A stretch of 64,000 nucleotides of DNA from Nannocystis bainbridge (GCF_028368995.1 NZ_JAQNDL010000003.1:2336001-2400000); one strand, 5' to 3'. Shown: positions 11,312-21,135, counted from the stretch's first letter. Made by a program: numbers and translations. Notes: generated by a model from the sequence alone, not told the origin.

Positions 11312-11970
11312 TAGTCGCAGGCGACCGTCACCAGCGCGGCCTCGCCCTCGATCGTCGGCGCCGCCCCGCTGGTGCACACCGTCACGCTCGCCGATTCGCC
11401 GTCGACCGTCACGCTCGCATGCTCGGCCGTCAGGCGTGACGCGCCGACGTGGGCCATGTCGGACGCCGCGATCGTCACCTCCGGCCCTGCGCCGGCCAGC
11501 GTCACCCGGCTCGCGTCGCGGGCGACCACCGTCGCCGCGATCTCGGTCAGTTCGCTCGCCTCGACCAGGCTCGCCAGCTCGGCCTCGATCGCCAGCGCTC
11601 CGCTGGCCCCGAGCACGCGCACCACCGCACGGTCGGACGCGAACACCCCGACCAGCGCCGGCACCTCGAGCGTCACCGTCGGCTTCAGCGTCAGCTCCTG
11701 ACGCAGGTTGGGATCGGCCGCGATCGACAGCACCCCGTCGCCGTGGACCTCGGTGAACAGCCGCCCGAGCGCGTTTGCGTCGCCGGTCACGCGCAGCGTC
11801 ACGTCGGCCTCCGGGTCGAGCTCGGGCCGCACCGTCACCGTCACCTCGAAGTCGTCGAACACCTCGATCTGGGCCAGCGGCGGCACCGTGCGCTCCGCCT
11901 CCGCGGGGGTCCCGTCGCCCTTCAGTTCACAGCCCGCCAGCAGCGCGAGCGTCGCGATGGTCCTGCGCAC
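11311..11970 (-). CDS. DUF2807/GIN-domain-like lipoprotein
   Basis: LAGC lipobox; LRVTGDANAL...GVLSI followed by a repetitive beta-helix-like pattern; GTG start inferred. Confidence 0.6.
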   Translation of the reverse strand: MRRTIATLALLAGCELKGDGTPAEAERTVPPLAQIEVFDDFEVTVTVRPELDPEADVTLRVTGDANALGRLFTEVHGDGVLSIAADPNLRQELTLKPTVTLEVPALVGVFASDRAVVRVLGASGALAIEAELASLVEASELTEIAATVVARDASRVTLAGAGPEVTIAASDMAHVGASRLTAEHASVTVDGESASVTVCTSGAAPTIEGEAALVTVACD

Positions 11971-12089
11971 GGCCGGCACCGTAGCGCGTCCCGGTGGCCC
12001 CCGGGCGCCCCTCGGGCTCGTGCGGAACCGCCCGCCGCCCGCCACAGCAGGCGTGGACGGCCTCGCGGCCCGCGTGGCAGCATCCTGCG

Positions 12090-13559
12090 ATGGTCTCCGT
12101 CCAGCGCAGCTCCCTGCTCGTCACCTCGCTCGTCCTCGCCGCCTGCGGCGACTCGCAAGCGGGCACCGACACCGCCGCCACCACCGCCGAGACCGAGGCC
12201 CCCGGCAGCAGCGAGGCGAGCGGCGGCAGCGAGGCCACCGGCACCCCGACCACCAGCGAGCCCGCGCCGACCACCAGCACCACTGACGGCGGTGAAGCCG
12301 TGCGGCCCAACTGGCATCAGGACATCGCCCCGCTGGTCACCGCCAGCTGTCAGAGCTGCCACGTCGCCGGCGGGATCGCCCCGTTCGCGCTGACCGACTA
12401 CGAGGAGTCGAAGCAGTGGGCCGGCGTCATGGCCAGCAGCGTCGCCCTCGGCCTCATGCCGCCGTGGCACGCGCTCGAGACCGACGTCTGCCAGCCGCCG
12501 CTGCCCTACCTGCACGACCCGCGGCTGTCGGACGAGCAAAAGGCCATGTTCCAGGATTGGGCCGATCTGGGCGCGCCCGAAGGCGATCTCGCGCTCGCGG
12601 CCCCGCTGCCGTCGCCGCCCTCGCTCGACCTGGCGAACCCGACCAAATCGATCACGATGGCCACCCCGCTGACCGTCGACAGGGTCGGCAACACCACCGA
12701 TTTCTTCCACTGCCTGAGCCTGGACCCGGGCAACGACGCCCCGGTCTACGTCGACGGCATCCAGGTGCTCGCGGGCAACCCGAAGATCGTGCATCACGTG
12801 CTGATCTACGTCGACGCCGGCGCCGACTCGGCGAGCTGGCCCGGCGGGGTCAAGCAGAACTGCGGCGGCGGGTCCGGCATCGGCAACGCGCAGCTGATCG
12901 GCGGGTGGGTCCCCGGCGGCATGCCGATGATCGCGCCCGCGGGCGTGACGACCGAGCTGCCGGCCGGCGCGCGGCTGATCCTCAACGTCCACTATCACGC
13001 CACCGGCGGCGGCCCCGAAGAGGACAAGGCGACCGGCCTCGCCCTGCGCTGGAGCGACACCGCGGCCGAGTGGTCGACCCTCTTCACCCTCATCGGCGCC
13101 CCCGGCATGGGCACGTCGTTGAACGGCCCGCTGATGATCCCCGCCGGCGCGTCCGGACACGTCGAAGAGTACGAGTACACCGTGCCCGCCGAGATCCCCG
13201 TGTTCGCCGACGTGCGCGTCTGGACCGTCCTCAATCACATGCACAAGGTCGGCGTCGACATGCGCGTATGGGTCGAGAGCGGCGACACCGAGACCTGCCT
13301 GCTGCACACCCCGAAGTGGGACTTCAACTGGCAGCGCTCCTATCAATACGACGCCCCGATCGGCTCGAGCTTCCGCGTCCGCGCCGGCGACAAGGTCCGC
13401 CTCCGCTGCGTCTACGACAACACGATGGCCAACCCCGGCGTGGTCGAGATGCTGGCCGAGGCCGGCCTCGACGCCCCGGTCCCCGTCGGCCTCGGCGAGG
13501 GCACGCTCGACGAGATGTGCCTCACCGGCGTCGGTGTGGCCATCAAGGGCGGACTCTGA
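12090..13559 (+). CDS. Copper type II ascorbate-dependent monooxygenase-like lipoprotein with heme-c motif
   Basis: LAAC lipobox, CQSCH, MPPW, VHHVL, HYH, NHMH, WDFNWQ and DEMC copper-site motifs. Confidence 0.85.
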   Translation: MVSVQRSSLLVTSLVLAACGDSQAGTDTAATTAETEAPGSSEASGGSEATGTPTTSEPAPTTSTTDGGEAVRPNWHQDIAPLVTASCQSCHVAGGIAPFALTDYEESKQWAGVMASSVALGLMPPWHALETDVCQPPLPYLHDPRLSDEQKAMFQDWADLGAPEGDLALAAPLPSPPSLDLANPTKSITMATPLTVDRVGNTTDFFHCLSLDPGNDAPVYVDGIQVLAGNPKIVHHVLIYVDAGADSASWPGGVKQNCGGGSGIGNAQLIGGWVPGGMPMIAPAGVTTELPAGARLILNVHYHATGGGPEEDKATGLALRWSDTAAEWSTLFTLIGAPGMGTSLNGPLMIPAGASGHVEEYEYTVPAEIPVFADVRVWTVLNHMHKVGVDMRVWVESGDTETCLLHTPKWDFNWQRSYQYDAPIGSSFRVRAGDKVRLRCVYDNTMANPGVVEMLAEAGLDAPVPVGLGEGTLDEMCLTGVGVAIKGGL

Positions 13560-13748
13560 GGGCAGATGCCCGCCGGCTCGAGCCGGCGACCGGCGCAGGT
13601 CGAGCGGCATGCGGGCGAGACACTCTCGCCACGCATGACACGTGCTGTGAAGCCTCGCGACTCGCACGACTTCCGCCCCGCGCGCCGAATACGGCGAACC
13701 GCCAATCGCCCGCCCCCGACCCCTCGGGGAGTGGTAAGAATCCGCGCC

Positions 13749-14156
13749 ATGCTCGACGAGTCGCAGAGGATCCCCGCCTTCGAAGCCGCCCTCAGGCACG
13801 GCTTCGGCCTCGACCCCGCCGCCCTGCTCGAGTCCGAGGGCTGGTGGCGCTTCGAGATCGAGGGCATCAAGTTCCAGGGCGGCATCCACTCGCGCGATGT
13901 CCAGGTCTCCGCGCTGATCTGCAACCTCGACCCGGGCTGCGACTTCGACGCGTTCTACGAGGACATGAACCAGGCCGCGTGCCCCGAGGGCCTGGCGCGC
14001 TTCGCCGAAGCGGACTGCTACCTCTACGCCAAGGCCGCGCTGCCCTTCGGATCGGTGTCGCAGGCGCAGATCGAGCAAGCGATCCGCGACTGCATCACGG
14101 TCAAGCGCTCGCCCGGCGCGACCGGGCTGCGCGCGAACTGGGCCTGGTACGGCTGA
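13749..14156 (+). CDS. Hypothetical protein, possibly YbjN/type III chaperone-like fold
   Basis: 135 aa with strong GC3 bias; alpha/beta pattern (EDMNQ...LARFAEADCYLYAK) reminiscent of YbjN. Family call is weak. Confidence 0.55.
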   Translation: MLDESQRIPAFEAALRHGFGLDPAALLESEGWWRFEIEGIKFQGGIHSRDVQVSALICNLDPGCDFDAFYEDMNQAACPEGLARFAEADCYLYAKAALPFGSVSQAQIEQAIRDCITVKRSPGATGLRANWAWYG

Positions 14157-14165
14157 CCCGCGAAT

Positions 14166-15620
14166 CTACACGACCCTGCGCCGACGGCGGAAGCCGAGCA
14201 GCGCGAGCAGCCCGAGCGCGGCCGCAGGGCCGTTCTGCTGCCGGCAGCCGCAACCGCCGTCGTCATCGGTGCCGGCCGCGGTCGTGGCGCTGTCCTCGCT
14301 CGTGCCGCCGCTGCTCGAAGTCTCGCCTTCCCCGCCAGTCGTGTCGGCGCCGGTCGTCGGCTGCTCGCCGGTCGTCTCCGATTCGCCGGTCGTCGACAGC
14401 TCGCCTGTGGTCGACTCGTCCGGCAGCTCGGGCGCCGGCTTGTTGACGCCGATGGCGATCGGCGCGGCGTAGGCCTCGTTGCCCGCATGGTCGACCGCGA
14501 TGGCGCTGATCACATAACCGCCCGCCGGTAGTCCGACGCTCCAGGTGTACGGCCCGGCCTCGCGCTTGCCGTTCGGGACCTCCTTCTCGTTGAAGACGAG
14601 CCGCACCTCGGCGATACCCCAGCCGTCCGGCTTGCCCGCGCCGTCGCTCGCCACGGCGGTGATCTTCAGCGGCAGCGGGCCCTCGGACTCATACGTATGA
14701 CCCTGCATCAGCCCGACGATCTCGACCTGCGGCGGTTCGTCGTCGACAATTTCACCATAGGCCGGACCGCAAGCCGCGCTCGCCTCCGAGACCGGCGCGT
14801 CGGCCTGGCAGCCGGTCGCCCAGGTCCCGGCAGGCACCCCGGGCTGCAGGGCGAAGCCGCCGCAGTCGGGGCTCGGATCCCACGTGCCATCGGGCGTATG
14901 GCAGGGCGTGATATCGACGTTGAGGTAGGACTCGAATTTCTCGATGTGCTTGTGCATCATCGAGAAGTATTGCTCGGCTCCGCAGCCGCCGATGACATAC
15001 GAGGCGATGCCGAACACCCGCCAGCCGCCGTCGGGCAGCTGCAGCATCACCGGACCGCCGGAGTCGCCGTAGCAGATGCTGTGCATGTCGTCGCCCGTGA
15101 TCAGCATCTCCTCCCCGGGGAAGCCGGCGATCTTCGCCGTCGTCTCGCGCTTGAGCCCCGTCGGGCCGTTGTCGGCCTGGCCGAAGCCGATCAGCGACAC
15201 CTCGGCGCCGACCTGCAACGCGTCGAGCTCGCAGCCCATCAAGATCGGCACGATCGGGACATCGGTCACCGGCTCCGCGAGCCGGCACCCGCCGATGTCG
15301 CTCCCGAAGGTGATCCCGTCGGGGACCATGAAGCAGTCCTCGGTCTCGACCACTCGCGCCTGCGGGTCGGCGCGGTCCTCTCCGAACAGAGCGAACTTGA
15401 AGTCGGCCCCGCAGTGACCCGCGAAGATCACCACCTCCGGGTGGACGAGCGTGCCGGTGCAGCTGTTGCCGCCGTCGTCCAGATAGACGGTGGTCGGCCA
15501 GCCGCACTCCTGGACCTCGGTCCCCTGATAAATCCCCTGCGGGAGCTGCGGGTCCGCGGACGCGAGGCCCGGCGTGAAAAGGAAGATGGATGCGAATGGG
15601 TAAAGATAGATGGAAAACAC
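14166..15620 (-). CDS. Trypsin-like serine protease with Ig-like domain and MYXO-CTERM sorting signal
   Basis: FAGHC, SDIG and ICYGDSGGP catalytic triad; Thr/Gly/Glu linker; GCGCRQ...hydrophobic...RRRRR C-terminus. Confidence 0.9.
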   Translation of the reverse strand: MFSIYLYPFASIFLFTPGLASADPQLPQGIYQGTEVQECGWPTTVYLDDGGNSCTGTLVHPEVVIFAGHCGADFKFALFGEDRADPQARVVETEDCFMVPDGITFGSDIGGCRLAEPVTDVPIVPILMGCELDALQVGAEVSLIGFGQADNGPTGLKRETTAKIAGFPGEEMLITGDDMHSICYGDSGGPVMLQLPDGGWRVFGIASYVIGGCGAEQYFSMMHKHIEKFESYLNVDITPCHTPDGTWDPSPDCGGFALQPGVPAGTWATGCQADAPVSEASAACGPAYGEIVDDEPPQVEIVGLMQGHTYESEGPLPLKITAVASDGAGKPDGWGIAEVRLVFNEKEVPNGKREAGPYTWSVGLPAGGYVISAIAVDHAGNEAYAAPIAIGVNKPAPELPDESTTGELSTTGESETTGEQPTTGADTTGGEGETSSSGGTSEDSATTAAGTDDDGGCGCRQQNGPAAALGLLALLGFRRRRRVV

Positions 15621-16031
15621 CGAATCATCCTAGCCATGATTCGCGGCTCGCGGCGAACGCCCCCATGCTCCATGCAGCGAGCGGACCATGAGCTTGGAGC
15701 GATCGACGCCGATCGGAACCGTGAAACATCGGCAAATCGCCGACGGTCGGCGCCAGAAAGCCGCGGCGCCCCTGTGTGAGTACGACTGCGACCCGATCGA
15801 CCGGCTCCGCCGATTCTTGGAGAATGTTCGGTGCGAGCATCACGGTCTCGCCGAGGCGCGCACGGGGAGACGCCATCAGGAGGTCGCCATCGAAGTCACG
15901 CCTTCATGGTTTCACGCGGCGACGATCTTGCGCAATCGTAAACTCTCGGCCCGTGACACACGCCGGGACAGCGCGTGGCCCGGCATGCCCGGCAAGCTCC
16001 TCGACCTCGATCGGGCGCGAGGCCCGTCGAC

Positions 16032-16268
16032 TCAGCCGGCCCGCGCCTGCGCCAGCTTGAACAGCAGATGGCTGACCTGGGCGAACTTCAGCACCTGGGG
16101 ATTGCGGGTGCGCGCCGACATCTCGTGACACACCAGCTTGAACTGCACCACGTCGAACAGCACGTGGACGGGATCGGGGTCCTCTGCGACTCGCCGGCGC
16201 AGCTCGATCACCTGGTCTCGCAGACCCGGCGGGATACTCGATAGATAGGGCGCGAGATCGTCGAACAT
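16032..16268 (-). CDS. Small hypothetical helical protein (78 aa)
   Basis: MFDDLAPYLSSIPPGLRDQVIELRRR..., coding-like codon usage. Confidence 0.55.
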   Translation of the reverse strand: MFDDLAPYLSSIPPGLRDQVIELRRRVAEDPDPVHVLFDVVQFKLVCHEMSARTRNPQVLKFAQVSHLLFKLAQARAG

Positions 16269-16432
16269 GGGCTGCAGGATCCTCGCAGTCGCCGCTCGAG
16301 TCGAATGCAAACGGCTGCACCCCGCCGGCGCCCGCGCTGCGGCATCCGGGGCTCGCCGGGCGGCCTCCGCGAGCGCGCGGAAAGGATCCGCACCGTTGAC
16401 AATCTTCGCGCCCTCACCGCACAGTCTCGCGC

Positions 16433-19261
16433 ATGAGCCCACCGATCTCGCGGCGCGGCATCCTGCGCGGAACTCTCGGCGGCGGCACAGTCCTCGTCGG
16501 TGAGAGCTGCGCCCCGAAGATCGTCGGCGAGCGCGCCGAGGCGCCCTCCCTGCCCGCTGTCGGCGATGCCGGGCCCGCCTCCCACGCGCTCGAGTTCACC
16601 GTCAACGGCGCCGCCAGGTCGATCACCGTCGACCCCGAGCGCACCGCCCTCGAGCTCGTGCGGCGCGACCTCGGCCTCACTGGTTGCAAGGAGGCCTGCG
16701 GTCACGGGGCCTGCGGCGCCTGCAGCGTGCTGCTCGACGACGTCCCGGTCGCCGCCTGCCTGCTCCCCGCCGTCGCCCTGCACCGCCGCAAGCTCGTCAC
16801 CGTCGAGGGACTCGCCCCCGCTGGCGAGCTGCACCCGGTGCAGCGCGCCTTCATGGCCGAGGACGCCCTGCAGTGCGGTTTTTGCACCCCCGGCTTCGTC
16901 GTCGCCGCCAGCGCCTTTTACACGCGCTGGCGCGCCGAGCACGGCGACGCCGAGCCCGACCGCGACACCGTCGCCGCCGCGCTGGCCGGCAACCTGTGCC
17001 GCTGCGCCGCCTACGACGGAATCATTCGAGCTGTCCAAAAGGCCAGCTCCGGCGCCTACGAAAAACCACCCGGCCCCGAGCCCGCGCCGCCGCGCTACGA
17101 CGCCCGCGACAAGGTCACCGGCGCCGCCAAGTACACCGTCGACGTCCAGCTCCCCGGTCAGCTCGAGGGCAAGATCTTGCGCTCCCCGCACGCCCACGCG
17201 CGCGTGCGCAAGGTCGACTGGTCGAAGGCCCTCGCGCTGCCCGGCGTGTTCGGGGCGGTCGATCTGCTGCACGGCGGCACCACCCTGCGCTTCGTCGGCC
17301 AGGAGATCGCCGCCATCGCGGCGATCGACGCCCGCACCGCCGAGGCCGCCCTCGCCGCGATCGAGCTCGACCTCGAGGTCCTGCCGCCGCTCGTCGGCAT
17401 GGACGCCGCGCGGGCCCCCGGCGCCGCCCCGGTCTACCCGACCCGCAACACCCGTAAATCGGCCCCCAACGCCAGCGAGGGCCCGCTCCTGCCGCTCGGC
17501 TGGGACGGCAACGTGCGCGGCCCGTTCCAGCTGTTCAGCACCGCCAAGCTCAAGGCCCGCCGCGCCGTCGCCCGCCTGCGCGAGGCCCCGGCCGAGGGCG
17601 TCCTGGTCGAGGGGACCTACAAGACCCAGGTCCAGTGCCACACGGCCCTCGAGCCCCACGCCTGCGTCGCCCGCTGGACCGACGACGACGCCGTCACCGT
17701 CCACCTCTCGACGCAGGGGGTCCACGCCGTGGCCGAGGACATCGCCGAGCGCTGGGGCCTGCGCCGCGACCGCGTCCGCGTGCTCGCGCCGTACGTCGGC
17801 GGCGGCTTCGGGGCCAAGGTCACCCTGCAGCTCGAGTGCGTCGCCGCGGTCGAGCTGGCGCGCATCACCGCGAGGCCGGTGCGGGTGGTGCTCGAGCGGC
17901 GCGAGGAGCTGACGACCGGCGGCCTGCGCCCGGCCCAGGAGATCGAGCTCGCGGTCGCGACCGACCGCGACGGCTACCTGCAGGGCGTCACCGCCCGCGC
18001 CTTCGCCGACGCCGGCTGCAGCGTCGGCTCGACCAGCACCGTGCTCATGCGGCTGATGTACGCCAAGGCGCCCAAGGACATCGCCGACTGGGACGTCGTC
18101 AACCACGCCCCGCCCGGCAAGCCGTTCCGCGGCCCCGGCGGCCCGCCGGTGTTCTGGGCCCTCGAGCAGGCCGTCGACATCGCCGCCGAGCGCCTCGAGC
18201 TCGACCCGATCCTCCTGCGCAAGCGCTTCGACCCCAACCCCGCCCGCAATCACCTCTACGATTGGGCCCTGTCCCTCAAGACATGGCGCGAAAGACAGCC
18301 CGCACAGAGCGACCGCGGCCGGTTCCGCCGCGGCATGGGCCTGGCCGTCGGCGGGTGGTTCTACTTCGTCCAGCCGAGCGCGCGCGTGCAGATCGACGCC
18401 GGCCCCGACGGCATCGTCGCCTCGACGGCCTGCCAGGACATCGGCAACGGCACCCGCACCGTCATCGCCGCCACCGTCGCCGCGGTCCTCGGCCTCGCCC
18501 CCGCCGACATCAAGGTGGAGATCGGCGACTCCTCGCTGGTCCCGGGCCCGACCTCGGGCGGCAGCCGCACCACCGCCTCGCTGGTCCCGGCCGCGACCAT
18601 GGCCGCCGAGCAGCTGCGCGACGAATTGCTGGAGCGCGCCGAGCAGCTCGTCGGCGCCCGCGGCGTCGCCGTACCCGGCGGCGTCCGTCACCCGCGCGGC
18701 GTCGTCACCTGGCAGCAGCTCCTCGCCGGCTCGCCGCCGCTGCGGTTCGTCGGCACGCGCAAGCGCGACAAGGGCGGCTATTTCTTGCCGCCGATGGCCG
18801 ACATCGCCCCCGGCCGCTACGTCGCCGGCTCGCTGCAGATCATCGAGGTCGAGGTCGACACTCGCCTCGGCAAGATCCGCGTGCTGCGCTCGCACACCGG
18901 CATCGCCGCCGGCCACATCGTCGCGCCCGCGCTCGCGCGCAGCCAGGCCCTCGGCGGCGTGATCCAGGGCATCGGCTACGCCCTCTACGAAGAGCGCCGC
19001 CTCGACCCGAACACCGGCGCCCTCCTCACCGGCGGCCTCGAGGATTACCGGATCCCCGGCATCGGCGACATCGGCGAGCTCGACGTCCACTTCGTCGAGG
19101 ACGGCTACGAGCGCGTCAACGGCCGCAGCGTCGGCCTCGCCGAGCTCGTCACCCTCGCCCCCGCCGCCGCCATCGGCAACGCCGTCGCGCACGCCACCGG
19201 CTTCCGCCCGCGCGAGCTGCCGCTACGCCCCGACCGCGTCCTGCAAGGACTCCGCGGATGA
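16433..19261 (+). CDS. Xanthine dehydrogenase/aldehyde oxidoreductase family: Tat signal + 2x[2Fe-2S] domain fused to molybdopterin-binding subunit
   Basis: SRRGILRG twin-arginine motif; GCKEACGHGACGACSV, QCGFCTPG, GNLCRC; GGGFGAK, FRGPG, GGSRT; C-terminal GLAE catalytic Glu. Confidence 0.93.
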   Translation: MSPPISRRGILRGTLGGGTVLVGESCAPKIVGERAEAPSLPAVGDAGPASHALEFTVNGAARSITVDPERTALELVRRDLGLTGCKEACGHGACGACSVLLDDVPVAACLLPAVALHRRKLVTVEGLAPAGELHPVQRAFMAEDALQCGFCTPGFVVAASAFYTRWRAEHGDAEPDRDTVAAALAGNLCRCAAYDGIIRAVQKASSGAYEKPPGPEPAPPRYDARDKVTGAAKYTVDVQLPGQLEGKILRSPHAHARVRKVDWSKALALPGVFGAVDLLHGGTTLRFVGQEIAAIAAIDARTAEAALAAIELDLEVLPPLVGMDAARAPGAAPVYPTRNTRKSAPNASEGPLLPLGWDGNVRGPFQLFSTAKLKARRAVARLREAPAEGVLVEGTYKTQVQCHTALEPHACVARWTDDDAVTVHLSTQGVHAVAEDIAERWGLRRDRVRVLAPYVGGGFGAKVTLQLECVAAVELARITARPVRVVLERREELTTGGLRPAQEIELAVATDRDGYLQGVTARAFADAGCSVGSTSTVLMRLMYAKAPKDIADWDVVNHAPPGKPFRGPGGPPVFWALEQAVDIAAERLELDPILLRKRFDPNPARNHLYDWALSLKTWRERQPAQSDRGRFRRGMGLAVGGWFYFVQPSARVQIDAGPDGIVASTACQDIGNGTRTVIAATVAAVLGLAPADIKVEIGDSSLVPGPTSGGSRTTASLVPAATMAAEQLRDELLERAEQLVGARGVAVPGGVRHPRGVVTWQQLLAGSPPLRFVGTRKRDKGGYFLPPMADIAPGRYVAGSLQIIEVEVDTRLGKIRVLRSHTGIAAGHIVAPALARSQALGGVIQGIGYALYEERRLDPNTGALLTGGLEDYRIPGIGDIGELDVHFVEDGYERVNGRSVGLAELVTLAPAAAIGNAVAHATGFRPRELPLRPDRVLQGLRG

Positions 19262-19455
19262 CCCTCTCCTCACGAGCCCGAAGCCCGCGCATGACCTCTC
19301 TCGTCGCCGCAGCTCGGCCCGGGCGCATCGCCGAACAGCCCTCGCGCATGACCTCTCCCGTCGCCGCTGCTCGCCCCGGGCCCATCGCCGAACAGCCCCC
19401 GCGCATGACCTCTCTCGCCACCGCACTTCGCCGCTCCGCACGAGGTGCCCGATGA
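19258..19455 (+). repeat. 57-bp tandem repeat forming a 65-aa bridging ORF between the molybdoenzyme subunits
   Basis: CGCGCATGACCTCTC unit with ATGs at 19291, 19348 and 19405 (period 57); ORF 19258-19455 overlaps both neighbours by ATGA. Confidence 0.75.
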
Positions 19456-20465
19456 CCGCGCTCGAGCTCCCGACCACCCTCGACGCCGCGCTCGGCCGCC
19501 CCGGTGAGCTGCGCGCCGGCGGCACCGACCTCACCGAGCGGCGCCGGCTCGACCTGTCCCGGGGGACAGTCATCGACCTGCGCGACGTCCCCGGCCTCGA
19601 CGCCATCACCTGGCGCGAAGGACAGCTGCACCTCGGCGCCCTCGTCACCCTCGCCGCCGTCGCCGCGCACCCCGACGTGCGCGCCCGCTACCCGGCCGTG
19701 GCTGCCACCGCGGCCGCCGTCGCGACCCCGCAGATCCGCGCCCGCGCGACTGTCGGCGGCAACCTGCTGCAGCACGTGCGCTGCTGGTACTACCGCCGCC
19801 CCGGCGCCGACTGCCTCAAGAGCGGCGGCAGCGGCTGCCCGGCCCGCAGCGGCGACCACCTGTTCCACGCCTGCTTCGACCTCGGCCCGTGCGTCGCGCC
19901 GCACCCGTCGTCGCTGGCGACCGCGCTGCTGGCCTACGAGGTCCGCGTCGAGGTCGCCGGCGACCGCGAGCACACCCTCGCCAGCCTCTACGGCGACGGC
20001 TCCGATGCGCGCCGGCACCACATGCTGCCGCCCGGCGCGCTGCTCACCGGCGTGCTGCTCGGCCCGCCCCTCGCCGGCGAGCAGGCGGCCTACGTGCGCG
20101 CGACCAGCCGGGCCCGCGCGGAGTGGCCGCTGGTCGAGGTGGTGGTGCGCCTGGCGGTGGCCGCCGGCCGCATCGACACCGCCCGCGTCACCGTCGGCGG
20201 GGTGGCCAACCTCCCGCTCCGCCTCGCCGCGGTCGAGGCCCTGCTGGTCGGCAAACCCGCGCACGAGGCGACCCTGGCCGCCGCCGCCGCGGTCGCAGCC
20301 GAGGGCGCGAAGCCGCTGACCCACACGGCCTACAAGCTCGACCTCCTGCGCGGCGCGGTCCTCGACGCGCTCGAGCGCGCGCTCGCCCACACGCCGACCG
20401 CCGCGACGCCCGCCAAGACCCCCGAGCCATCGCCCGATAAACCCGCGACCGCCGAGCCGACCTGA
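19452..20465 (+). CDS. FAD-binding subunit of molybdoenzyme (PaoB/YagS-like, with Fe-S cysteines)
   Basis: AGGTDL, ATPQIRARATVGGNLLQ, RCWYYR...CLKSGGSGC...CVAPHPS, VGGVA and AYK motifs. Confidence 0.92.
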   Translation: MTALELPTTLDAALGRPGELRAGGTDLTERRRLDLSRGTVIDLRDVPGLDAITWREGQLHLGALVTLAAVAAHPDVRARYPAVAATAAAVATPQIRARATVGGNLLQHVRCWYYRRPGADCLKSGGSGCPARSGDHLFHACFDLGPCVAPHPSSLATALLAYEVRVEVAGDREHTLASLYGDGSDARRHHMLPPGALLTGVLLGPPLAGEQAAYVRATSRARAEWPLVEVVVRLAVAAGRIDTARVTVGGVANLPLRLAAVEALLVGKPAHEATLAAAAAVAAEGAKPLTHTAYKLDLLRGAVLDALERALAHTPTAATPAKTPEPSPDKPATAEPT

Positions 20466-20480
20466 CCTCGAGGACAGCCC

Positions 20481-20699
20481 ATGCAACTGTGCCGCCACCT
20501 GCGCTGGAAAGGCCACTCGCACGACGCGACCGAGCTGGCCGAATTCATGCTGACGTTCGCCCGCAACCAGGTCCCCTACTCGTGCCTCCACACGTGCCAA
20601 CCATGGGGCCCCGACGACGAGCTCGCCGCCCCGGAGGCCTGCAACGACAGCCGCCCGTGCTACAAGCCGTCCCCGCTGGTCACCCTCCGCCTGAGCTGA
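20481..20699 (+). CDS. Small Cys-rich protein in the molybdoenzyme operon
   Basis: 72 aa: CRHLRWK...YSCLHTCQPWGPDD...PEAC...RPCY; GAGGA RBS. Confidence 0.75.
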   Translation: MQLCRHLRWKGHSHDATELAEFMLTFARNQVPYSCLHTCQPWGPDDELAAPEACNDSRPCYKPSPLVTLRLS

Positions 20700-20726
20700 G
20701 ACGCCGCTCAAAAAAACAAATGTAGA

Positions 20727-20812
20727 TGCGCAGGGAGGGACTCGAACCCTCACGCCCCTCGCGGGACCTGGCCACCTCAAGGCCAGCCGTCTACCAATTC
20801 CGTCACCTGCGC
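20727..20812 (-). tRNA. tRNA-Leu(GAG), non-canonical (A10-G25 mismatch, C26-G44 pair)
   Basis: GCGCAGG/CCTGCGC acceptor, A73, loop TTGAGGT, long variable arm, GAGGG-TTCGAGT-CCCTC T arm; no encoded CCA. Confidence 0.88.
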
Positions 20813-20842
20813 GCGCTGCCGCTGCTCGTCGTGATTCCCTGA

Positions 20843-20928
20843 TGCGCAAGAAGGGACTCGAACCCTCACGCCCCACCCGGGGCCCGGCGTTCTGAGCGCC
20901 GTACGTCTGCCAATTCCGCCACTTGCGC
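20843..20928 (-). tRNA. tRNA-Leu(CAG)
   Basis: GCGCAAG/CTTGCGC acceptor, CGGCG-CTCAGAA-CGCCG anticodon arm, long variable arm, A73. Confidence 0.92.
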
Positions 20929-20952
20929 CTGTCGCTCCCCAGTTCAAAAGAA

Positions 20953-21038
20953 TGCGCAGGGAGGGACTCGAACCCTCACGCCCCATCCGGAGCCTGGCGT
21001 TCTGAGCGCCAGCCGTCTACCCATTCCGTCACCTGCGC
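20953..21038 (-). tRNA. tRNA-Leu(CAG), non-canonical D stem
   Basis: TGGCG-CTCAGAA-CGCCA anticodon arm, Leu-type body, A10-G25 mismatch. Confidence 0.88.
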
Positions 21039-21052
21039 GTCTCTCAAAAAAG

Positions 21053-21135
21053 TCCGCGGGGCAGGGATCGAACCTGCCCGCGCCGAAGCGCCGTCGGTTT
21101 ACAGCCGACTGCCCCACCATTGAGGCGTCCCGCGG
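21053..21135 (-). tRNA. tRNA with Tyr anticodon (GTA), atypical body
   Basis: CCGCGGG/CCCGCGG acceptor (C1-G72), A73, GTCGG-CTGTAAA-CCGAC, variable arm GCGC-TTCG-GCGC, GCAGG-TTCGATC-CCTGC. Confidence 0.82.
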
